Shown here: piece by piece, positions 47,953 to 55,223 of the stretch
Layout: every line of letters begins with the position of its first letter
How positions within the stretch are numbered: the first letter of the stretch is position 1
NCBI GenBank assembly: GCA_964522375.1
Contig: CAZFVB010000003.1
Span: 14,608 to 78,607 of the forward strand
Length of the DNA: 64,000 bases
Reading direction: 5' to 3'
Origin: an uncultured Chloroflexota bacterium
Lineage (GTDB): Bacteria; Chloroflexota; UBA11872
Translations under genes and position numbers: made by a program
Notes under the pieces: model-generated
The model's input: only the letters and a program-made list of their open reading frames with translations
Databases searched by the model: none
Told to the model about the DNA's origin: nothing

Positions 47953-49882
47953 AACCGAGCACCTTTCAGCCACCCAATTCGAGCTGGCTGCCCAACTTTT
48001 ACTCGGCCGACTTCCCGTGCAGGTTGAAGCTGGGCCATGGTGGGCTTATCGCCCGGCACAAGCCACCATTGATTATCCACGCGCGCTACTGAGCACATGG
48101 CCTAAAGAGTGGCTAGTTGCAGCGTTTTCTCACGAAGCAGCGGAGGCAAGATTCACGGGTGTCGCAGGCGGCCGCGCTGTGGCGGACTGGATAAAACTGC
48201 ATACGGATGAGTTGGTTACCCCGGCAAACCTGACTGTCCTCGCCAACGTCATTAACGATATGCGTGTCAACCGACTACACATAGCGAGATACCCGAGAAC
48301 CGCCCGTCTTTTTCGCCAGCTCTATACACGAGGGATTGAGATTGAAGCCATGACCGATATACCAAGTGTCCGGCAGGAAGACTCGACACCCCTACATCAC
48401 CAGTACCTCGACGCACTCATTCATACGTGGACGGAAAGCCAATGGCCGGGAAACCGCACTCTACCGGAGTTGGAGGAAACAGTAGCCGATGGATTGTCAA
48501 AGACATGTCACGCTGCGCTCGCCGCGGCCGAACACGACGACATCCAGACCTTGCTCGATTCCGTGACGACGGACCTATTACCAACCTACCGGGCCCTTCT
48601 CCAAACAGACCAAATGTCCCGCGACCGGACAAAAGGCGTAGCACATCATGGGCCGAACACCCCTGATGATGCTGATCCAGGACTAACAACGCCATCGACA
48701 GACAATGAAGATGCTCAGGCTGATGGTTTCGCCTCTGTGAACCACATCGATTCCGACGAACATGACACGGACACAGATGATCTGGATGCAACCGCACGGT
48801 TCACGACCGATCGTTCCGACAACCCTTCGATGAAACAGCAAGCACCGACCTCCCCAGCCTCAATCACACAGGAGCAGCGCCGCAAATCAAGTTCGAAAAA
48901 CATTCGTGATCAAGTGTTGGGATCGACAGGAGACTCATGGCATCCCGGCCTGATTTCCACGCTGCGGCAAGGCGATGGAACGCAAGTCAACTATGAAACC
49001 TTCAGCTACATATCCGCCGCTGAAAAGTTAGCTCCGTTCATCCACGAAGCCATTTATGGAAACAGTCAGCGGAGCGGCCTGGCGGAAATAATGAATCGTC
49101 GTCGTCATGGTGCAGTAGATCCATGGCGACGGCCTCGGAAGATGCGTAGCCGTGAAACCGGCGAGATTGACCTCGAACATCCCGAACGGCTTCTCACCGA
49201 TCCGACACAAGCATTCCTACACGGCATTCGTATAGCTCGCGAGGATCGTCAGCGGGATTTTGCTAACGCCATCCTGCTCGACATTAGTGGGAGCATGGTG
49301 CAACGCGGTTTCCCCACGAAAAAATTTGACCGCTTGGTTGACGCCGCTGTGATGTTCATTGAGATTCATGAGCGGCTAAAAATCCCTTATGCAGTCCTAA
49401 GTTTCAGTTCAACCACAACCGTGCACTGGCGCTTCAACGAAAGCGTATGGACGTCACCGAGCATTGCCTCAGCGTCAAAATACCAACCGCGTGACCATAG
49501 CCTTATCTTCCGAACACTCTACGCGCTAGACCACAGGGACACCGACGACGCCAACGCAGTAACCCGTGCCGTTAGTGAAACCTTGCCTCAGAAAGGACTA
49601 AAGAGTGTTCTCGTCATCACCGACGGCATCAGCACCAATCCAGCAGAGCTCCGCCGTGTCCTGACCGATATTGATCGGCGCAACCAAAATCTTCCACCAT
49701 CACAAGCCACGAAAATCCTAGCTTTTGGGATCGGAGTAGCTCAGAACGAATTCGAAACCTCCTACATGCCATACAGTTCTGGTAAACCGCTCCGATGCTG
49801 CTACGGCGAAACAGTGCATGACATTAGTCTCCTACCAACTCTTATTCGAGATTGTGTCGATCGGCGCATCCGTGAAGCTTAG
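47939..49882 (+). CDS. von Willebrand factor A (VWA/MIDAS) domain protein with ~400-aa acidic N-terminal region (CobT/NorD/ViaA-like partner of the AAA_5 ATPase)
   Basis: C-terminal VWA with the MIDAS motif ..ILLDISGSMV.., then ..VITDGISTNP... It overlaps the ATPase gene by 14 nt. Confidence 0.7.
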   Translation: MALSETEHLSATQFELAAQLLLGRLPVQVEAGPWWAYRPAQATIDYPRALLSTWPKEWLVAAFSHEAAEARFTGVAGGRAVADWIKLHTDELVTPANLTVLANVINDMRVNRLHIARYPRTARLFRQLYTRGIEIEAMTDIPSVRQEDSTPLHHQYLDALIHTWTESQWPGNRTLPELEETVADGLSKTCHAALAAAEHDDIQTLLDSVTTDLLPTYRALLQTDQMSRDRTKGVAHHGPNTPDDADPGLTTPSTDNEDAQADGFASVNHIDSDEHDTDTDDLDATARFTTDRSDNPSMKQQAPTSPASITQEQRRKSSSKNIRDQVLGSTGDSWHPGLISTLRQGDGTQVNYETFSYISAAEKLAPFIHEAIYGNSQRSGLAEIMNRRRHGAVDPWRRPRKMRSRETGEIDLEHPERLLTDPTQAFLHGIRIAREDRQRDFANAILLDISGSMVQRGFPTKKFDRLVDAAVMFIEIHERLKIPYAVLSFSSTTTVHWRFNESVWTSPSIASASKYQPRDHSLIFRTLYALDHRDTDDANAVTRAVSETLPQKGLKSVLVITDGISTNPAELRRVLTDIDRRNQNLPPSQATKILAFGIGVAQNEFETSYMPYSSGKPLRCCYGETVHDISLLPTLIRDCVDRRIREA

Positions 49883-49906
49883 AACCCAACTGGAATTTCG
49901 AGAATT

Positions 49907-50896
49907 ATGAGAACGGCGTTCGGTACCGTCACTCCAGGTTGTCCTGAAGATCGGGAACACTCAGACCTCGCCATACGACTGATGATCCGTGAGGGGTATC
50001 CACCCCGCGAAGCCGCTCGTGAGTACATCAGCTATCGGGCGCGGGTGCGCGAAGCCATATCCTCATGGAAAACCACGGTGCTCGCTGGTCTTATCAGCGG
50101 CGTCATCCTCGGAATCTCCATGATAGGAATACTGGCAATTGGAGCCGTCTTTATGTGGGTGCTACAAGCATCAACATCGAGCCAGAATTCTGCTCAGTTA
50201 CCTCTTGAACAAGTTCTGGGGTTCGCGCCAGCAGCTGGCGCGACAGCAACGCTCCTCGGAATTGTTTGCATGGGCCTAGCAGCTATAGAAAAACATAGAC
50301 GACGACGTGAAGGCGTGCATGTTCACATGCGCAAACGATCAACCGACACATCACACCTAATATTCCAACTCTTACTGTGGACATTTGTGCTCGGGGTTCT
50401 GGCCGGCATCATTTACCTGTATATAGGGTCCCGGGAAGCCAATGCTTTTATTGGCCTTGGCATAGTGCTCGGCTTCCCAACAAGTTTCGTTATTCGCTAT
50501 TACTTTTACCGGTCTTACCCAACCATTCTCAGCTACGTCAGCACTGCACCTGCCGGCCGCGAGTCTCGACGCGTCGTCGAGTATGAACTCAACCCAAAAG
50601 CAGATATGCCCAATGCCCATGTGGCGCCACGGGAACAACGCACCGACCCGACGAAATATGGGCCTGCGGCCCAACGGAGTGGTAGCCGCCGGATAAAACC
50701 ACGCTACCTTGCAATCTTCCTGGGAACGATAATTGGCTGGTGGGGCTTGGTACGTTGGTGGGTTTGGATGTCGAGCGACATCTCTTTCCTACCATTTACA
50801 GACAACCTCACCGCAGACATCATCGGCCTAGGCCTCGGCCCAATTATTGGCTTTGGACTCACGCTCTTCTACATACGAATCATCGAAGATTCATAA
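49907..50896 (+). CDS. Polytopic membrane protein, hypothetical (last gene of the AAA_5-VWA block)
   Basis: 329 aa with at least 6 hydrophobic segments and a soluble N-terminal ~60 aa. It starts 25 nt after the VWA gene. Confidence 0.45.
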   Translation: MRTAFGTVTPGCPEDREHSDLAIRLMIREGYPPREAAREYISYRARVREAISSWKTTVLAGLISGVILGISMIGILAIGAVFMWVLQASTSSQNSAQLPLEQVLGFAPAAGATATLLGIVCMGLAAIEKHRRRREGVHVHMRKRSTDTSHLIFQLLLWTFVLGVLAGIIYLYIGSREANAFIGLGIVLGFPTSFVIRYYFYRSYPTILSYVSTAPAGRESRRVVEYELNPKADMPNAHVAPREQRTDPTKYGPAAQRSGSRRIKPRYLAIFLGTIIGWWGLVRWWVWMSSDISFLPFTDNLTADIIGLGLGPIIGFGLTLFYIRIIEDS

Positions 50897-50907
50897 ACGT
50901 CACTGAG

Positions 50908-51912
50908 TTAGTCTTCAGCCAAGGAAACTCGATCGAGCACATCACGGTTCCACACATATTCCGGCATCTTCCCTTGTAATACACGAACCACCGCAGCCGC
51001 AGCGCGACGTTCAAGTTCCAGCACTGATTCCTCAGATAGGAAGGCTGCATGTGGAGTAACGATCGCATTTTCAAGACCAAGTAACGGATGTTCCGCTGGT
51101 GGAGGTTCCTCTTCGAGGACATCGATCCCTGCCCCTGCTATCCAGCCGTCCTTTAAAGCCTGTGCGAGCGCATATTCGTCAACAAGCGGCCCACGCGAGG
51201 TGTTTATGACATACGCGGTAGATTTCATCGCACGCAACTCTGGTTCGCCAATACTGTGTCGCGTCTCAGGCGTGAGAGGTGCATGAACTGAAATAACATC
51301 AGATTCGGCAATAAGTCGTTCCTTGTTAACAAGTTCAGCACCGATATCAGCCACTTGATCGGAATCCACGTATGGATCGTGCACCAAGATTCTGAGTCCA
51401 TGAGGAGCCGCACGTAAACCAAGAGCTCGACCAATACGACCGTATCCAAGGATCCCAAGAGTTCGACCCCGCATACGATGCATGGGCCGCGCCGGCTTGG
51501 TGCTCCACTCACCTTTGCGAACATGCCGATCAAGCTTCGCGATACCCCGGCTCATGGCCATGAGCAAAGCAATCGCGTGATCAGCCACCTCTTCATAGCC
51601 GTAATCCGGCACATAGGTCACCGGGATGTCCAGCTCGGAACACACGTCCACCGCAATGTTGTCCGTGCCCACGCCATACCGACCAACCACGCCTAAGCGG
51701 GGTGAAGCTCGAACAACCTTCTCGGTTACTTTCGCAAAGCAAGTAAGAATGCCGGTTACATCGGCTGCAAGCTCCACTAAACGATCCTCATCCCCAGAAT
51801 CAGACTCAACAATATCCGCATCAAGTTCCGCCAAAACTTCTCGTTCCGGAACCGTCGACGGCCATACGTAGTCGGTGATTAAAATCTTGTGCTTCGGGGC
51901 TCGTCCGACCAC
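50908..51912 (-). CDS. D-isomer-specific 2-hydroxyacid dehydrogenase (PGDH/GHPR-like)
   Basis: NAD motif ..LGILGYGRIGRALG.. and the catalytic-domain pattern. It is convergent with the membrane gene, with an 11-nt gap. Confidence 0.8.
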   Translation of the reverse strand: MVGRAPKHKILITDYVWPSTVPEREVLAELDADIVESDSGDEDRLVELAADVTGILTCFAKVTEKVVRASPRLGVVGRYGVGTDNIAVDVCSELDIPVTYVPDYGYEEVADHAIALLMAMSRGIAKLDRHVRKGEWSTKPARPMHRMRGRTLGILGYGRIGRALGLRAAPHGLRILVHDPYVDSDQVADIGAELVNKERLIAESDVISVHAPLTPETRHSIGEPELRAMKSTAYVINTSRGPLVDEYALAQALKDGWIAGAGIDVLEEEPPPAEHPLLGLENAIVTPHAAFLSEESVLELERRAAAAVVRVLQGKMPEYVWNRDVLDRVSLAED

Positions 51913-52078
51913 CAGTCAGCCTCCTGACAAATCTTGTGGGGCGAAGTCGTTTGCTAGGAGCTTATGGAGCCATCGAAATAAGTGTCAACGGGCTTCTACA
52001 TCTAAAAACCATTCTTTTCCTGCATCAGGCCTCTGAAAAAGCTTGTTATGGTCAATCAACCATCTGAGAGCTAACCGA

Positions 52079-52462
52079 ATGCCCCGCCCAATAAGAATTA
52101 CCGTCGGCGACATTGAGCTTGATGCACACCTATCAGAAACACCGTCCGCGCTTGCCCTATGGGACGCGCTCCCTATAGAACGAACCGTAAACACATGGGG
52201 ACACGAGTTCTACTTTGACATTGGGATCCGGATCGAAAACTCGCCTGATGCATCTGACATTGTTGAACTTGGAGACATAGCCTACTGGTCCCCAGGATCG
52301 GCGTTATGCATTTTCTTTGGACGAACGCCTGCAAGCCAAGGCCAAGAGATCAGAGCAGCTAGTCCAGTCACGGTGTTGGGATCCGTGATCGATATCCCCA
52401 CAGACAAGCTTAGACGTGTTCGAACCGGAACATCGATACGCATCGAAGCAAAAGACGTTTAG
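52079..52462 (+). CDS. Cyclophilin-like fold protein (PF04126-like)
   Basis: MPRPIRITVGDIELDAHLSETPSALALWDALPIERTVNTWGHEFYF.. matches the cyclophilin-like small-protein pattern. The ORF is open from 52043. Confidence 0.5.
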   Translation: MPRPIRITVGDIELDAHLSETPSALALWDALPIERTVNTWGHEFYFDIGIRIENSPDASDIVELGDIAYWSPGSALCIFFGRTPASQGQEIRAASPVTVLGSVIDIPTDKLRRVRTGTSIRIEAKDV

Positions 52463-52569
52463 GAAACATTCGGAACGCTGCTATTTAGTCAACCATTAAA
52501 TAGCACCATACGCCTGACAATCAAAGCTTGACTGTTCGCTTCTTGTCTGGCACCGTCGATCTTGTACAG

Positions 52570-52598
52570 ATTGTTATGAGGACTCTCCTCAGAACAAT
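52570..52598. promoter_or_regulatory. Imperfect 13-bp-arm inverted repeat 36-64 nt upstream of lexA; candidate LexA operator (autoregulation) or promoter-overlapping regulatory hairpin
   Basis: ATTGTTATGAGGA-ctc-TCCTCAGAACAAT (one mismatch), followed by RBS GAGGAAG and the GTG start at 52634. A second palindrome, CTATTTA-N9-TAAATAG, lies at 52481-52503. Confidence 0.3.
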
Positions 52599-52633
52599 AC
52601 AGGTGCTCAAACTGGGCTTGAGGAAGTTCGCTA

Positions 52634-53233
52634 GTGACTACCCCGCTGACGCAGCGACAACACCGCGTGTTACAAGCGATTGAGCGATTTATTGAAGACG
52701 AGGGCTACACGCCGAGCGTACGTGAAATCGGCACTGCCATAAATCTAGCGCCGGCCACAGTCCAACAACATATCCAGGCCCTTGAGCGAAAAGGATACCT
52801 CCAACGTTCTGGCCAATCACACGGAATCCAGCTACTTAAGAACGGCCTGTCAACTGGAGTCATAAATATTCCGATCGTGGGGGAAATTGCAGCTGGAAAC
52901 CCAATCGAAGCTTACGAATCAAGGTTCGACACAATCGCAATTCCCAGTGAACTATCGCCGCAATCGACCGCGTATGCGCTTAGGGTTCGAGGCGACAGCA
53001 TGATCGAGGACCACATATGCGACGGCGACATAGTCATCGTTGAGCCAGCAACAACCGTTAATGACGGCGAGATCTCCGTTGCCATGCTGAACGACGACAG
53101 CGTTACGCTAAAGCGAATCTATCGGGAAGGTGACCGGGTTCGGCTTCAACCCGCCAATTCAAAAATGAAGCCTATGTACAGTAGTGATGTTCGTTTACGA
53201 GGCCGGGTCGTTTCGATCATGCGCCAAACCTAA
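52634..53233 (+). CDS. lexA: LexA repressor (SOS regulator, S24 peptidase)
   Basis: N-terminal wHTH (..LTQRQHRVLQAIERFIEDEGYTPSVREIG..), Ala-Gly cleavage region (..IVGEIAAGNPIEA..), and S24 catalytic Ser/Lys (..VRGDSMIEDHI..TLKRIY..). Confidence 0.9.
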   Translation: MTTPLTQRQHRVLQAIERFIEDEGYTPSVREIGTAINLAPATVQQHIQALERKGYLQRSGQSHGIQLLKNGLSTGVINIPIVGEIAAGNPIEAYESRFDTIAIPSELSPQSTAYALRVRGDSMIEDHICDGDIVIVEPATTVNDGEISVAMLNDDSVTLKRIYREGDRVRLQPANSKMKPMYSSDVRLRGRVVSIMRQT

Positions 53234-53248
53234 CTACCACCTGAAAAC

Positions 53249-53962
53249 ATGCCTCAGTTTCAAGACTGCCGAGACGATATTGCAGATCTGCTTACAGCAG
53301 GGCAGATCGACGCAGCTGCCCAGCGAGCCCTCTTAGCGATCGATGCCGAGACCCCAAAGTCCGCCACGATGACTTCCGCGTTTCATTTTGTCGGCCTTGC
53401 AGTTCGCTATGCCACACAAGGTGATAACACAGCCGCTCGGGAAGCCATGGATCATGCTCTGGACATCGCAACTGGCTCCTCAGACCAAGACGATCTAAGG
53501 CCCCAGTTGTATCGTCATGTCGCAGCCTCGCTGGAAGTCGCCGGTCAGCCCGCATCGGCGGCCCGTTGCCTCGAAACCGGCATTGAATATGGCGCAGACG
53601 GTCCGGCTGTATGGCAAGCGTTAGGTCGGGCTCGTCTAAAGTCAGACGACCCATATGGTGCCCTGGAAGCGCTTAGCCATTCCCAACGCCTTAAGCCCTC
53701 GGCCGAAGTGGTCAGCGATCGAATCCTGGCAGAACTAGCGGTAGATCCGTCACCGGGAACCGCACGACAGTCCCTCAGCCGTCTTGAATCCAGCCGTCCT
53801 GAGCAGGTTTCTGTTCGATGGGATTTTGCCTTGGGTCGGGCTCATGAGGTTTCTGGAAACACAGATGCGGCGCGCGCTGCATACCAACGAGTACTCGAGC
53901 ATGTGGATGAAGACCTGGGACCAAAAGAACTAGAACACGCTAAAGGTTTTATATCGACGTAA
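53249..53962 (+). CDS. TPR-like helical repeat protein, hypothetical
   Basis: 237 aa, Ala/Leu-rich, with TPR-like pairs (..AVWQALGRARLKSDDPYGALEALSHSQRLKP..). Starts 16 nt after lexA. Confidence 0.4.
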   Translation: MPQFQDCRDDIADLLTAGQIDAAAQRALLAIDAETPKSATMTSAFHFVGLAVRYATQGDNTAAREAMDHALDIATGSSDQDDLRPQLYRHVAASLEVAGQPASAARCLETGIEYGADGPAVWQALGRARLKSDDPYGALEALSHSQRLKPSAEVVSDRILAELAVDPSPGTARQSLSRLESSRPEQVSVRWDFALGRAHEVSGNTDAARAAYQRVLEHVDEDLGPKELEHAKGFIST

Positions 53963-54053
53963 CGGGCTGTATTCGCATATTCGAAAACTGTCGAGCGAAA
54001 AGACCTTCACGGAACGGGTATTAGCCGTACAGTGCGCTACCATTTCCATTGCT

Positions 54054-55223
54054 ATGCCACGCAGTCTGTGTGGCAGCACCGCGGGAGGCAAGGGTGGTCC
54101 TCTCGTCGTGCCGTTTTACCGGTCGCAACAACTACACACGCGCCTTGCACTAGCGTCTGGGTTACATCTCGGAGCATCACCTACCTCGCTCGCTCCTAGC
54201 CAACGTGATCTGTTCTGTGATCTTTGCCAACAATCTTTAGGCAGTGCGGTTGATCAAGCACTCCGAATGAAGGCCAGTGCATTCATCATGTGCGGCGGCC
54301 TGTTCGCAGACGACAATCCATCCCTCGATCATGTGCGTGGGGCAATGGCTGCACTAGAAAATGCGCGCAGGTCTGACCTTCCCGTGCTAGCAGTCGTCAG
54401 CCGTCGTTCCTTACGAACCGACGGCGTACAGTTTCTCACCGAGCTTGGACTCATTACTCATGTTTTGGACCAAACAAGCCAAGCGGCATCGATCAAGACG
54501 GAAAACGGGCAAAACATCCTCTTTAGAACCGGAAGCTCAGCGAACCGCTTGATCGAACCACCGGAACCGGATGTAAGTGTAGAAATACTTCCGCTAGGAC
54601 TCGATACAACCTCGCCTCTAGATTATGCGGGACAAACTGATCTGATTGTCGATGCGCGATCCTCGGCACCAGACTTTGATCTGGGCACCGCACCTTCGAA
54701 GATAAGGCCAGGGCATGCTGCCCCTTCGCTAAACGTTGGAGCAGTTTCTGGATTTACCGTGGTTGACATCGAAAATCGTCGGATCTCCAATGCAACGTTC
54801 GTTGAGATAGAGGCGGTTCGATCAGTACAAATACAAATCGACTGTAATGCTCCAGGTCAAGAAAACCTTGCAACTCAGATCAATCGTTCGATAGCCCCAA
54901 TGCTCGGAAAAGCCTCCATTCTGAACCTCGAGCTATCCGGATCAGCATCACGCGACAATTGGCATACCGTAAACCCCAGAAAACTTGTAACAGCCGCGGC
55001 AGCGGTAGGCACCCTTATTCGAATGGATCTATCGAAACTTTTGGTAGACCACCCGATCGCAGCCAGAAAAGACCGAAGCTCGTTCCTGGTACATGCACGA
55101 CGAATTGCCGATGCAATGACCTCGTCCACCGAAGATCCTGTTGAACAACACGCGATTTCATCAGCACGAATCCACGTTTCATCAACGGCTAGAGCACATG
55201 ACCCCCTTGAGGCCGCACCATGA
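54054..55223 (+). CDS. SbcD/Mre11-like calcineurin-fold protein with all metal-ligand motifs substituted (predicted catalytically inactive)
   Basis: Motif I: SbcD ..HTSDWHLG.. versus ..LALASGLHLG.. (D to G). Motif II: GDLFD versus GGLFADD. Motif III: GNHD versus VVSRRS, with SbcD-like spacing (~40 and ~30 aa). The start may be GTG ~54106 rather than ATG 54054. Overlaps the next gene by 4 nt. Confidence 0.4.
   Translation: MPRSLCGSTAGGKGGPLVVPFYRSQQLHTRLALASGLHLGASPTSLAPSQRDLFCDLCQQSLGSAVDQALRMKASAFIMCGGLFADDNPSLDHVRGAMAALENARRSDLPVLAVVSRRSLRTDGVQFLTELGLITHVLDQTSQAASIKTENGQNILFRTGSSANRLIEPPEPDVSVEILPLGLDTTSPLDYAGQTDLIVDARSSAPDFDLGTAPSKIRPGHAAPSLNVGAVSGFTVVDIENRRISNATFVEIEAVRSVQIQIDCNAPGQENLATQINRSIAPMLGKASILNLELSGSASRDNWHTVNPRKLVTAAAAVGTLIRMDLSKLLVDHPIAARKDRSSFLVHARRIADAMTSSTEDPVEQHAISSARIHVSSTARAHDPLEAAP

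Noticed and set aside
53249-53962. Interpreting the gene right after lexA as a SulA/YneA-type SOS cell-division inhibitor
   Set aside because: It is a 237-aa soluble TPR-like protein without a TM segment or SulA fold. The idea is kept only as a hypothesis inside the main finding, with the small membrane protein at 58223 as the better candidate. It is not annotated as such.
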